Below, piece by piece: positions 23,079 through 35,133 of a stretch of 64,000 nucleotides of DNA. Source of the stretch: an uncultured Planctomycetota bacterium (lineage in GTDB: Bacteria; Planctomycetota; Planctomycetia; Isosphaerales; Isosphaeraceae); assembly GCA_963845755.1 (NCBI GenBank), contig CAWJTV010000011.1:32001-96000 (forward strand), given 5' to 3'. The translations under genes and the position numbers were made by a program. Position 1 is the stretch's first letter; each line of letters begins with the position of its first letter. The notes beneath the pieces were generated by a model. That model was not told the DNA's origin and did no database searches. It was given only the letters and a program-made list of their open reading frames with translations.

Positions 23079-23612
23079 GTGACGACCCTCCTGCGAGACC
23101 TTCCTTACTTCGACTCCAGGACTGTCGTCGTGGTTCGGAATCGAGAAGTGCCGGTCAAGCCGCAACAAATCGTGGTCTGGGTGAGCCTGGCGGAGATCGA
23201 GCAGAGCGAACTCGTGTCCGGCACGCCTCGTTTTCCCGCCATCCTGGATACGGGCTTCTCGCACAACTTCGGCATCCGAGAGGAACACCTCGATCAATGG
23301 GCCGGCATGCGACCGGGGTACTTCCGGAAGATCGGCGATGTCCGCGTCAACAATGTCGCCGCTTGGCTCCATCAAGCCGATATCTGGTTGCACCGGAACC
23401 GACCGGGGAAGCGCGATGAGATGAGGGATGATCGGCCGTTCTGCCTGGAGCTGAATCAAGGCATCGTGGTCTACCCGGCGGAGTCCCCCAATGCCCCACG
23501 CCTGCCGGTGCTGGGCCTTCGCGGGCTGAAATGGGCGCGGCTCCGGCTCGCGATCGACTGCGAGCATCGCCGCGTCGGGCTCCGCACGCCGCGGCGGTTC
23601 TGGTTCCTCTGA
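23079..23612 (+). CDS. Retropepsin-like aspartic protease
   Basis: FPAILDTGFS catalytic motif and late PVLGLRGL motif; RBS AGGAGG. Confidence 0.7.
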   Translation: MTTLLRDLPYFDSRTVVVVRNREVPVKPQQIVVWVSLAEIEQSELVSGTPRFPAILDTGFSHNFGIREEHLDQWAGMRPGYFRKIGDVRVNNVAAWLHQADIWLHRNRPGKRDEMRDDRPFCLELNQGIVVYPAESPNAPRLPVLGLRGLKWARLRLAIDCEHRRVGLRTPRRFWFL

Positions 23613-23700
23613 AAGGCCGTTGACCGCGACTCTCATCATTGCGGCGTCGGCAGTGAACGTCCGGCCGAGGGAGACCACCGATGCCGTCAGAAGTATTTCG

Positions 23701-23820
23701 AACTCATTCAAAGGCAGAAGTCAGCGAAGGAGGAGCCGTCCTTTGAGAGGAAGTCGCGGGCGAGCGAGCGAGCGGCCGGGTCGGGCCGGCGGCCGAGGGT
23801 GAGGAGATCGGCGGCGCTCG
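23701..23820 (-). pseudogene. Decayed duplicate of the DUF1553 gene 3' end
   Basis: LLTLGRRPDPAARSLARDFLSKDGSSFADFCL matches LLTLGRRPDPDERALARDFLSKDNSSFADFCL at about 29850-29950. Confidence 0.88.
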
Positions 23821-24036
23821 ATCCTGGCACCCGGCCGACCGAATGTCTCCACTCCCACCCCGCCCCGACGGGAGACCTCCGGTCCGCCAGACGGCGGCGA
23901 CCCTTCGGGTGCCCGGAGACCCGCGCCGAATGGAGCCGGGGCTTGCACAGCCGGCCAGCATCGGCAGCAACGACACTCCCGACGCCGGAATCTGCCCAAG
24001 GGCTGCGGTGCGCGTCCTTCGCGTCCTGGAGGGATA

Positions 24037-27000
24037 TCAATGTGCGAACGGGTCGGCCGGGAAGACCTGGTCGAGCTCGATCGTCTCGGCCTCGCTCAGG
24101 AAGGCCTGTGACTCCGGATTTCCGGCCAACGGCGGATTCTTCATCAATTCGTGCAGCCGTCCCAGGGTGTCGCGGGCCTGACCGGACAGCCCCAGGCGGT
24201 GCTGGGCCAAGGCCAGGAAGGCCAGGTCGCCAGGTTCTTGCCCCTTGTTCAGGTCGTTTGACCGTGTCAGGGTTGCCAGCGCCTCGGCCATGAGCCCGCA
24301 GCGGTACTGGGCCGCGCCCAGGGTATTGAGGTAAGAGCCGTTCTCAGGCCCGAGCCGGCAAGCGGCCCTGGCCAGGCGCAGGCCGCGCTGGTAATTCGCT
24401 TCCGGTCGCCCGGGGTCGCGAACCAGAGCCCAACCGGCATCGTTGCACTCCTCAGCGGATTCGGACCAGGTCCCGGCCAGTTTCAGGCAGGCGGCCTGGA
24501 TCTCCGGATCGGCCGCCGGTCGGGCCTGGAGGGCGGCGAGTACGTCGTCGCGGAGGAGCAAGCGATCAAACAGGGGCGCGACGATCGCCTTGGCTCGATG
24601 TCGCGTCCGATCCGATGGCGGGAGGAGGTTGAGGTAGAACCGGGCCGCGAAGTCGTCATTGGCCGCTCGGGCCGCTTCGTAACCTTCCCGGTAGCGCTCA
24701 TAGTTCGGTTGCATCAGCAGCCTGCGATAGGAAAGCTCTTCCTCGTCCGGTTGCAGCGGGATCAGTTCGACGCGGTCGCGGATCACGTGGGCGATCCACC
24801 GGCCGTCCGGGCTGATCGGGCCGGGAAGGGGTGCGGGCGGAATCGGTTCGCCATTCAATTCGTGGCCCGTCCGCGCCTCCCAGACCTTCACTGTCTTGTC
24901 AAAACTCCTCGCGACGATCCGCGTACCGTCCGGGCTGTACGACACGAAAGGCTCCTCGCCCGAATGCCCCTGGAGTACGAGCAGGAGCGTTCCCGACCGC
25001 GTGTCCCATACTCTTATCTTCCGGTCCCAACCGCCGGTGACGATGTGCGTGCCGTCCGGGCTGAACGCCGCGCTCCTCACCGGTCCTGCATCCGCGTACA
25101 GCTCGAACAAGGCCACCCCCGTCCGTGCGTCCCAAACCTTGGCCGTCTGGTCCTCGCTGCCGGTGACCACCCGAGTGCCGTCCGGGCTGAAGGTCGCGCT
25201 CGACACCTCGCCCGTATGCCCTTTGAGTTCGAGCGGGGCCTTACCCGTCCGCGCGTCCCAGACCTTCGCCGTCCGCTCAACGCTACTGGTGAGGATTCGG
25301 GTGCCGTCGGGGCTGAACGATGCGCTCATCACCCTGTCGGTTTGGCCTTTCAGTTGGAGGAGGGGCGTTCCGGTCCGCGCGTCCCACACCCTCGTTGTCT
25401 GGTCGAAACTGCCGGTGACGATGCGCAAGCCGTCCGGGCTGAACGCCGCGCTCCAGACATCGCCCGTGTGCCCTCTCAGGTCGAGCAGCGCCGTCCCCGA
25501 CCGCGCGTCCCACACCCTCGCGAGTTGGTCATCACCTCCGGTGACTATGCGAGTACCATCGGGGCTGAACGCCGCGCTCCTTATCGGGTTTGTGTGCCCT
25601 TTGAGGTCGAGCAGGAGCGCCCCCGAGTGCGCGTCCCACACCTTCGCCTCCCCGGAACTCGCGAACACTCCGCCGCCGGTGACGATGCGCGTGCCGTCTG
25701 GCCCGAACGACGCGCAATCCACATAGCCTGTGTGCCCTTTGAGGTCGAGCAGGAGCGCCCCCGAGCGCGCGTCCCACACCTTCGCCCCCGTGCCCTTTTG
25801 GTCCCAACCGCCGGTGAGGATCCGTGTGCCGTCTGGGCTAAACGACACGCTCATCACCGCGCCCGTATGCCCTTTCAGTTCGAACACGATCGCCCCCGAC
25901 CGCGCGTCCCACACCTTCGCCTCTCCGGGTCGGTCCGTGACCGATCCGGCGCCGGTGATAATGCGCGTGCCGTCCGGGCTGAACGCCGCGGTCGTCACCC
26001 TGTCGGTGTGGCCTTTCAGATCCAGCAGGGTGGTCCCCGTCCGCGCGTCCCAGACCTTCGCTTGTTCGTCCTCACTTCCGGTGATGATGCGCGTGCCGTC
26101 CGGGCTGAACGCCGCACTCGACACCCAGCCAGTATGTCCTTTCAGCTCCAGCACTGGCATCCCCGTCCGCGCGTCCCAGACCTTCGCCGTCTGGTCAAGA
26201 CTTCCGGTGATGATGCGCGCCCCGTCCGGACTGAACGCCGCGCTCCTTACCTGGCCCGTGTGTCCCTTGAACTCCAGCAAGAGCGTCCCCGTTCGCGCAT
26301 CCCAAACCATGGCCTCTCCGGAGCCGTGCACCAACACTCCGCAACCGGTGAGGATCCGCGTCCCGTCGGGGCTGAACGCCACACTCCAAACCGAGCCCGC
26401 ATGCGCCTTTCAGGTCGAGCTTGAGCGTTCCCGTTCGCGCGTCCCAGACCTTTGTCCTTCCGTCATTACCACCGGTAATGATGCGCGTACTGTCGGGGCT
26501 GAACGCGACGCTTGACACTAACCCCTCATGCCCTTTCAGCTCGAGCAGGGTCCTCCCGGTCCGTGCGTCCCAGACCTTCGCCGTCCCGTCTCGACTACCG
26601 GTGACGATCCGGGAGCCGTCCGGGCTGAACGCCGCGCTCGATCAGCGCGCCCGTAACGCCACCGAGTTCGAACAGGGTGGTCCCCGTCCGCGCGTCCCAG
26701 ACCTTGGCCGACTGGTCATCGCTACTGGTGAGGATGCGGGTGCTGTCCGGGCTGAACGCCGCGCTCTCCACGCTCTCAGTGTGGCCCCTCAGCTCGAGCA
26801 GGGTCGTCCCGGTGGTCGCGTCCCACACCCTCGCCGTCTGGTCGTCGCTGCCGGTGACGATCCGGGAACCGTCGGGGCTGAACGCCGCGCTTATCACCCC
26901 GCTCGTGTGGCCCCTCAGCTCGAGCAGGGTCGTCCCCGTGGTTGCGTCCCACACCCTCGCCGTCTGGTCGTCGCTGCCGGTGAGGATGCGGGTGCCGTCC

Positions 27001-28698
27001 GGGCTGAACGCCGCGCTCCAAACCGCGCCCGTGTGGCCGTAGAGGGTGAACAGGCCGCCGCGAGTGAGTCGCTTCAAGTAGTGCCACTCCCAGCCTCGCT
27101 GGCCCCGGGGCACGTTATCCAGCCGTTCAGTAGCCAGGACGACGTCGCGATCTTCGTAGGCGGCACTGGCCAGGACCATATCGCTGACGCCCAGCCGATA
27201 CTTGAGTTCGTCGGCGCGGGCATAGGCGACCTTCGTAGCCGCATCGCGTTCCTTGACGCGCTCGGCCTCGGCGGCCCGTGACCGTTCAGCCCGGATCAAC
27301 CCCCAGGTCGTTCCCAGGATGCCACCCAGGAGCGCCAGGACCACCAGGCTGGCGGCGACCACCGCGCCGCGATGCTTCCGCACGAACTTCCGCATCCGGT
27401 ACGCCCGGCTCGGCGGGGCGGCCTGCACTGGCTCGTACGCCAGGTGACGCAAGACGTCGGCCGCGAAACCGTTGGCCGTCTCGTAGCGACGCGTGCGGTC
27501 CTTCTCGAGCGCCTTCATCACGATCCAGTCGAGGTCACCCCGCAACGCCCGCTTCAATTGCTCCGGCTCGATGTCGCGGCTGGCCGCGATGCTCGGCAGG
27601 GCCTCCGCCGTGCTCACCTTGGTGCTCGGCCGGGGCGGGTCGACCTCCCGCACCATCCGCAGCATCTCCAGGAACGCCCCCCGCTGGAACTGCTTCGCGT
27701 CGATCGGCGGCGAACCGGCCAGCAGCTCGTACAGGATCACCCCGAGCGCATAGACGTCGGTCCGGGTGTCGATGTCCATCGACGAGGGGTCCGCCTGCTC
27801 CGGCGACATGTACGCGGGCGTGCCTACGATCGCCCCGGCGTCCGCCAGGCTCTGGTCGGTGAGCTTGATTTCCGTCGCCTTGGCGACTCCGAAGTCGATG
27901 ACCTTGGGGGTGGGCCGGCCGTCCACCTCGGTGACCAGGACGTTGCCGGGCTTCAGGTCGCGGTGGATGATCCCCTTCTGATGGGCGTGTTGCACCGCCT
28001 GGCAAACGGAGACGAACAGCTCCAGCCGGGCCCGCACAGGGAGCCGATGGCGGTCGCAGTAATCGGTGATCGGCACCCCGCTCACCAGCTCCATCACGAA
28101 GAACGGCTGGCCGGCCGCGGTGGTGCCGCCGTCGTAGACGCGGGCGATGTTGGGGTGGTCCATCAAGGCCAGCGCCTGTCGCTCGGCATCGAACCGGGCC
28201 AGCACCGCCCGCGAGTCCATGCCGACCTTGATCACCTTCAGCGCCACCGGCCGCTTGACCGGCTCGGTTTGGCCCGCCCGGTAGACGGTGCCCATCCCTC
28301 CTTCGCCGAGGAGGTCGAGCAGCGTGTAGCGGCCGGCGATAACCTGGCCCGCGACGGATCCGTCTGGGCGGTCGGCCGGCGCTGGGCCCGCGATCGTGGT
28401 GATCGGGCCGTCCGGTCGCTGTTTCTCGGTCACAAGTTGCGATAGGGGAAGCGTTTCCGAAATAGAGGCACGGGTCGCCTCTTCGGTTTCGGGTGCGGTG
28501 GTTTCGGACAGGACGCAGGAGTCTGGCTCCAGGAACCGGCCGGCCCCGTCGTGGGCGGCCAGCAGCGCCTCGACCCGCCGGCGGAGGCGCGGCGTCATCC
28601 CCACAGGCGCTCTCCAGGTAGGCAGCCCGGGCGGCCAGGTCGGTCCGTTCGAGGGCTTCGGTGAAGATGGTCATCAAATTGGGGTCGTTGTCGGGCAT
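24037..28698 (-). CDS. Ser/Thr kinase with WD40 propellers and C-terminal TPR, frameshifted
   Basis: LGEGGMGTVY, HRDLKPGN, IDFGVAKA, YMSPEQ; many GHTxxVxSAAFSPDG repeats; YLNTLGAAQYR. Confidence 0.93.
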
Positions 28699-28725
28699 CG
28701 GTTCACCTCCAAAGCGGATTCCCTG

Positions 28726-28795
28726 ACAGCCCCTCGCGAAACGGGGACAGGCAACTCGAAGACTCGGAGCCAGTCCCCGTTTCGCGAGGGGCTGT
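28726..28795. repeat. Long hairpin between the ECF and kinase genes
   Basis: ACAGCCCCTCGCGAAACGGGGAC ... GTCCCCGTTTCGCGAGGGGCTGT. Confidence 0.85.
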
Positions 28796-28851
28796 TACCC
28801 AATGCCCCGTTCAGCCCGGGAGTGCGCCAAAGAATCCGAAGAATCCTCGGA

Positions 28852-29400
28852 TTACCCGCCGCCGAGCGCGTCGGCGAGCCAGGCTCGGGCGAACGCCCAG
28901 TGGCGGTCGGCGGTCCGGCGAGGGAGGCCCAGGGCTTCGGCCGCGTCACCCAGCGTCATCCCGGCGAAGAACCGCACCTTCACCAGTTCGGCGGCTACGG
29001 GGAACTCCTTCGCCAGTCGGTCGAGGGCGTCGTCGAGCTCGAGGAGGTCGTTGTCGGTGGCGACGGCCGGGCCGGTGAGTCGGTCGAGATCGACCGGGTT
29101 TCGTCGGCCACCCCGTTTCAGCCGGGTGCGGTCCCGGGCGTGGTTGACCAGCACACGCCGCATCGCCTCGGCCGCGGCGGCGAAAAAGTGCGACTTGCCG
29201 TCGAAGTGCTGGTCCCCGACCAACCTCAGGTACGCCTCATGGACCAGGGCGGTGGCGTCGAGGGTGTGCCCGGGTCGCTCCGCGGCCATCCGCGCGGCCG
29301 CGAGCCTCCGCAGCTCGTCGTAGACCAGCGGGAGTAATTCGTCCGCCGCACGACGATCGCCGGCTGCGGCGGCCTCGAGGAGGTGGGTGATCTCGGACAT
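28852..29400 (-). CDS. ECF-type sigma factor (kinase-associated)
   Basis: LLPLVYDELRRLAAARM...TLDATALVHEAYLRL...AMRRVLV...WAFARAWL. Confidence 0.93.
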   Translation of the reverse strand: MSEITHLLEAAAAGDRRAADELLPLVYDELRRLAAARMAAERPGHTLDATALVHEAYLRLVGDQHFDGKSHFFAAAAEAMRRVLVNHARDRTRLKRGGRRNPVDLDRLTGPAVATDNDLLELDDALDRLAKEFPVAAELVKVRFFAGMTLGDAAEALGLPRRTADRHWAFARAWLADALGGG

Positions 29401-29520
29401 GGAAGCGAGCCTCCCGGTTGTCTCGCAACGGAAAATCGAGGCGTTTCCGCACGCCGCCACCGGACAGCGTCTTGACCAGGATTTCATGGCGACGGCGATG
29501 GTGTGGCCGGGCAGTTCCAG

Positions 29521-29613
29521 TTATATTAAAATATATTTATATTAAAATATCATATATGACTACCACGCCAATGCACTAGTGCACGGCCGCTCCACCTGTT
29601 ATTCACCTGTTAT
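29521..29613. promoter_or_regulatory. AT-rich patch with direct repeats and palindromes upstream of the ECF gene
   Basis: TTATATTAAAATAT x2, TCATATATGA, TGCACTAGTGCA, CACCTGTTAT x2. Confidence 0.5.
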
Positions 29614-29814
29614 CAAGTGGACGGCTCTCGAGAGTTTCCCGCTCGGCGTGGTGCCCTCGCCGCACCAGCGCCGGGTATGCGCTGCTCCTTCGCGAAGCGC
29701 TCTCGCCGATCACCCCAACGTGCCGACGAGAGTATAAGAGCCTCCCCGTCCATCAAGGAACTGAGGAACCGGCCGCGAATCGTCGCAATCCCGCACCATG
29801 TTGTGGCAAAGTCT

Positions 29815-32012
29815 CTAATCGACATAGACAAACTCATTCAAATTGAGCAAGGCGAGGCAGAAGTCGGCGAAGGAGGAGTTGTCCTTGGAGAGGAAGTCGC
29901 GGGCAAGCGCCCGCTCGTCCGGATCGGGCCGGCGTCCGAGGGTGAGGAGATAGGCGCGTTCGACCTTGGCATCGAGCCCCGAACCGGCCTCGCGCTCGGC
30001 CCGCCCGGCGAGGGCATGCGCCGCTTCCGAAGAGAGCGGGCTATTGAGCAGGCTCAGCGCCTGCGGCGCGATCGTGGTGACGGGGCGCTTCGGACAGCTC
30101 GCATTCGTATCGGGACGATCGAACGCTTCGAAGAAAGGATACCGCAGGTTGCGCCGGATGAAGACATAAAGGCTGCGGCGTTTCTGGTCTTCGACCCTGG
30201 CGGAAACCGGCCAGATCGCGCCCTTGCTCGAGAGCTTGGTCAGCTCGGGGGGCAGGGGAGGGAACACGCCCGGCCCATCCAGGGCCGGATTCAACCGGCC
30301 CGAGGCGGCGAGCAAGGCATCGCGAATCGCCTCGCCATCGAGTCGTTAACGATTCTGTCGGGCGAGCCAGAGGTTGTCCGGGTCGGCCTCGCGCGCGGCC
30401 GTCGGCCGCGACGATTGGCGATACGTGGCGCTCGTAACGATCAGCCGGTGCATGGCCTTGAGGCTCCAGCCCCGAGCGACCAATTCGGTCGCCAGCCAGT
30501 CGAGCAACTCGGGATGGCTGGGCTCGTCGCCCATCCGGCCGAAGTCGCTGGACGTGCCCACCAGCCCACGGCCGAAATGCCCTTGCCAGAGCCGGTTGAT
30601 CATCACTCGAGTGGTCAGCGGGTGGTCGGGACGCGTCAGCCAATCGGCCAGCGCCTTGCGTCGCCCGGTCGTCTCGGGCGTCGGGGTGATCGACGGGGTC
30701 GCCGACGACAGAACCGCCGGGAACGCCGGCTCGACGGCCGGTCCTCGCGCGGTGTACTCGCCTCGTTTCAGAAAATACGTCGGCGGTGGCCGATGTCCAG
30801 ACTCATCGATCCCGCGCGGTCGGTAGGGGCGATGGTGAGGCCTTCTTCAACTGCTCCAGTCGCGCGAGCAATCGCTGCCGCTCAGCTCTGGCAGCTCCAT
30901 CCATCAGCCCCGGCCAATCCTTGGCCTTGATCCGCCCGTCGCGGCTGAGGATGTCGTAGACCATCGTGACTTCGGCCGGACTGCGCTCGGTCTCCGGTTT
31001 GTTGTAGGCCAGGACGGCCTCGTCGAGCGAGCCCATCGGCAAGCCCGGCGCCCGCTTGTCGCGGACGGGTTTTTCGATGCGAAGGATCCTCGCCTGGACC
31101 GTCGCCATCTCGGCTCGCCAGGCGGCGACGACCGTCTCGTAAGCCTTTCTTCGCGCGGTCGAGGCCAGCGGATAATCGTTGCGGAACCGGGCGGGCGTGA
31201 AGAACGCCTGGAGCCGGTAGAAATCCGCCTGGCGGATCGGGTCGAACTTGTGATCGTGGCAGCGCGCGCAACCGATCGTCAGGCCGAGGAAGACCAGGCC
31301 CGTCGTTTCCGTGATGTCGTTCAAGGCGTTCTGCCGCCTCAGACCCTGGTCGTTCAGGTCGACCATATCCGGATAGCAGCGATTGAAGCCGGTCGCGATG
31401 AAGGCATTGGGATCGTCGGGCGCGACCTCGTCGCCGGCCAGTTGGAACCGGACGAACTGATCGTACGGCAAGTCACGGTTCATCGCGGACACGACCCAGT
31501 CGCGGTATCGCCACGCGTTCGGCCGCGCCTGGTCGAACTCGAAGCCATCGGTGTCGGCATAACGCGCCAGGTCGAGCCAGTGCTGCGCCCAGCGCTCTCC
31601 GTACTGGGGGCTGGCCAGCAGGCGGTCGACGACCTTCTCATAAGCATCCGCCGAGCGATCGTTCTGGAAGCTTCCGATCTCGTCGGGCGTTGGCGGCAAG
31701 CCAGTCAGGTCGAAGCTCAGGCGCCGGAGCAGTGTCGGCGCGATCGGCTTTGGGAGAAGGCGAGAGGCCATTGGACTCGAGGACCGACAGGATGAACGCG
31801 TCGATGGGATTACGGACCCATCGGCTTTCCTCAACGACAGGCGGTTCGGTTCGCCGGGGAGACCGGAATGCCCAGTGGTCCTGCTCCTCGGCCGTGATCG
31901 GCTTGTCGGGGAGTCGCGTGTCGTCGGCCACCGCCAGGGCCACGAATCCCAGGACGATCGCCACCGAGCGGCCAGAACTACGCAGCATGGATCGCATCCT
32001 CATCAGTGACAT
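29815..32012 (-). CDS. DUF1549/DUF1553 (PSCyt2/PSD1) protein, frameshifted
   Basis: HWAF, NPIDAFI, YGERWAQHWLDLARYADT, CARCHDHKFDP, PSHPELLDWLA, RRSLY, NLNEFVYVD. Confidence 0.93.
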
Positions 32013-32723
32013 CGCGCTGTTGAACTCCCTATGGTTTCTCCACGATGAGAACCCCATAAGGTGCGAGCTGCGAAGTCGCGCCGTCGAACCTGAGGCGGAT
32101 CTGATCGATAACGCCCGTCACGCCCAGCGCGTTTTTGGGTTCCGTGCCCGGAGCAATCCCGAGCGATCCTCTTGGCCTCGAAAGGACAGCCCGCGCACCG
32201 GCCGCTTAGGACGTTGAAGTGTTGCGCCATGATCAATGCTCCTGAGCCGGAATGGCCTTTCTCATTCTTGTCATCGTCTCGGATCGGCTCGATGACGGCA
32301 AGGTCGGAGCCCGCGAATCCGCGCAATCTCTCGAATGGCTGAGATCCCAGCCGAAGGGCCATGATCTCCGGCCAATCGTCGGGATCGACTCTTTCCAGGG
32401 AAAAATTCCGATTGCCGAGTCAAGTCTGAGACGGAAGGCCGGTAAGAGAGAGTGTGCGATCGAGAAGCCGATCGACGCGGTCGCGGGGGAGCGGATGACG
32501 AGGCCGCCCTGGAATCCTCGGCTCTCGGATTCCTGGACACCCGTCGAATTCGGAAACCACAAGTCTTGATTTGTTGCGGCCGCGGTTTCCGCGCGGCTCG
32601 CAGGTCGAAGAGTGAAGTGGGAAACGCTCTTCCGAGGATCTCGGAAGTCGGGCGGCGTACGCCCTCAACGAACGGCTTCACCCTCAACGATTCTCGGGTT
32701 CACCACAATCGAGGAGAAACGCG

Positions 32724-33434
32724 ATGAATACGCTGCGCCGATCGTCTCGGAAGGCGAAGATCCGCCTGGAGTCCCTCGAGGATCGAATCACCCCGGCCGC
32801 TCATCCCGGCAGCGCACACCTGGCCGCCCTGCTGGCGCACACCAACGTCATCGTCAAGCGGGAACCGCCACCGCCTTTCTCGAACCCACCCGGCCACAAG
32901 GGTCACGAGCTTCACCGCTTGCACCGCAATACCCAGCCCTCGACCATCGGATACATGCCGGGCACCATATCCGTGAACACGATTCCGGTCTCGTTTCAGC
33001 CGGCCGTGGTGTTGTCCACGAAGCCGACCACGAGCGGCGAGGGGACAACCTCGATCGATGCCACGGTCAGCCCCAACCCCACGATCACGCCGCCCGTGAG
33101 TTCGCCCTTGCCGGCCAATCTCGCTGCGCCGCTGGTGCAGATCAACGAGGCGTTTCAAGCCGTGAGCGGCAAGACTCCATTCTCCTCACCTTATGGGAGC
33201 CAGATCGAGATCGAAGGCTCGAGCGTGGGCGTGGAGATCCATGGCAATGACGGCGACCTGGACAGCCTCCTCGTCGACATGGACAAGCTGGGCTTCCAAC
33301 TCAGCAGCACCAGTACCACGACCGATACAATCGCCGGGCTGATCCCCATCGACGCCCTGGCGAAGGCGGCCGAGGACGCGCTGACACTCAGCGTCACGCC
33401 CGAGTATCTCCCTCAGTCATTCGGAACGCTCTGA
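32724..33434 (+). CDS. Secreted planctomycete protein with LEDR motif
   Basis: RLESLEDRITPAA; RBS GAGGAG. Confidence 0.75.
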   Translation: MNTLRRSSRKAKIRLESLEDRITPAAHPGSAHLAALLAHTNVIVKREPPPPFSNPPGHKGHELHRLHRNTQPSTIGYMPGTISVNTIPVSFQPAVVLSTKPTTSGEGTTSIDATVSPNPTITPPVSSPLPANLAAPLVQINEAFQAVSGKTPFSSPYGSQIEIEGSSVGVEIHGNDGDLDSLLVDMDKLGFQLSSTSTTTDTIAGLIPIDALAKAAEDALTLSVTPEYLPQSFGTL

Positions 33435-33467
33435 TCGCCGCGGTCTCCGGCACCAACCCGAGGGTCG

Positions 33468-34070
33468 TCAAGACTCGCCGTTGAGCCGCTTGACCTCGTC
33501 GCGAATGAACCCGAGAACGCGACTCTTGGCCTTGAAGACGGTCATGACGTTCATCCCCAATCGCGCGGCCACTTCCTCCCCGGGCCGGCCCTCGCTTGCC
33601 GTCAAGCGGAAGGCTTCCCAGGTCTGCGGCTCGACGCGATTGCGAACCGTGGCGCAGGCGCGGGCGACCACCTCGCGGTCGAATTCCTGTTCCAGGTGCG
33701 CCATCAGGTCGGAGCGGGCCTCGACCGTTTCCAGGATCTCGATCACGCGGTGGTCGCCGCTACCGACGCCGGGACGACGACGATCGGCGAAGAAATCGCT
33801 CAGTGCGTGCTGGGTCACCGATCGCAGCCAGCCGCGGAACGTCCGGGATGGATCGTAGCTGAACGTCTTCAAGGCTCGGGCGAGCCGAAGCAGCACGTCT
33901 TGGGTCACGTCCTCGGCGTCGGCCGCTTGCAACCCGCGCTGGCGGCACCAGTTGCGGATCTTCGGGCCATAGCAGGCGACGAAGCACTCCCACGCCTCCT
34001 GATCCTGGGAGCCTTGGCCGACGCGCCACAGAAGCGTGGGACTGGTTTCGTCCGACGGCAAATCCTGCAT
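33468..34070 (-). CDS. ECF sigma factor
   Basis: TSPTLL, AWECFVACYGP, DAEDVTQDV, FRGWL, VFKAKSRVL. Confidence 0.92.
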   Translation of the reverse strand: MQDLPSDETSPTLLWRVGQGSQDQEAWECFVACYGPKIRNWCRQRGLQAADAEDVTQDVLLRLARALKTFSYDPSRTFRGWLRSVTQHALSDFFADRRRPGVGSGDHRVIEILETVEARSDLMAHLEQEFDREVVARACATVRNRVEPQTWEAFRLTASEGRPGEEVAARLGMNVMTVFKAKSRVLGFIRDEVKRLNGES

Positions 34071-34400
34071 GGTCTCTTGACCTCAGGCCAGATATCCGGA
34101 CTGTATTCTGCGCGTGGCCAATCCCCGTCGGCAAGTCCTTGCCGGGTATCGCTCTCTCGCCCGAATCACCGCCGTTCCCGCGGCTGGGACGCTTCACCGT
34201 CGTCATGCCGGCGAATTCGGTCGGCCAGAAAAGGCGAGCCGGGAAGCCTGCGACTCGCGATCGCTCGGTTAACGAAAATTCGTTTCGCACGGCTATTGCG
34301 GCCCCCTCGCGATTGCCGTTCTGGCGCGGGCATTGCGGTTGTTTGATCGAGAAGTTAAGATCCCTGCAATAACAGGATCCTTCAGGATCAAACCCACTTC

Positions 34401-34937
34401 ATGCTTGCTCTCGGGCATCGTCCCATGAATACGACTCGATTGCGGATCGCCGTTCTGGGCTGCGTTGCGCCCTCGCTCATCGCAATGCTCACGGTCAATC
34501 GCGAGGACGAATCGCCGCCGTGCGGCCCGGTCTGGGGACGGGTCAGCTACAACGGTCGTCCTCTACAAAAGGGGGCCATCCTATTTGCCCCGTTGGGGGC
34601 GGAGATGGGTGACTGGGCCATCGGGCCCCTCGGCAAGGATGGCCGGTTCTCCATGGACCCGAACTGGCGCCGGGGTTACTCCGAGAAGGTCCGATTCCGA
34701 ATCTGTATCGTTCCGTTTCCCTGCACGTTCACGGCGGACGACGTATCGCCGTGGCCGAGAGGAGAACCGCGGTGCGACATCGGCACGGCCTCGCCGCCTG
34801 GCGAGACTCTCGACGTTCCCCGGCAGACGTTGGTCGATCTGCCAATCCCCCGACGGTTCACCAAGATCTGGACCTCGGGGCTCACGGTCACCCTGGACCA
34901 GGACTCCGCTCGCGTCGACGTCGAATTGAAGGATTAA
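34401..34937 (+). CDS. Planctomycete carboxypeptidase-regulatory-like small protein
   Basis: PVWGRVSYNGRPLQKGAILFAP...DGRF...IPRRF...SGLTVTL. Confidence 0.7.
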   Translation: MLALGHRPMNTTRLRIAVLGCVAPSLIAMLTVNREDESPPCGPVWGRVSYNGRPLQKGAILFAPLGAEMGDWAIGPLGKDGRFSMDPNWRRGYSEKVRFRICIVPFPCTFTADDVSPWPRGEPRCDIGTASPPGETLDVPRQTLVDLPIPRRFTKIWTSGLTVTLDQDSARVDVELKD

Positions 34938-35133
34938 CAGGAACTCGATTTTTGAAGAGACGACGAGAGCGGGGCCGCGCTCGAGAGAGACTGGAAAGAC
35001 GCGGCTCGGAGGGCGCCTCCCTTTCCCCGCTCTCCCTGCCGTCCTGGAGCGAGCGGCGGCGCGACCAGAGTCGCGAGCGCCGCTGCCTGAGGACGACCAT
35101 CGTCTCGATCGACCCAACGAACGGAAGGCCATC

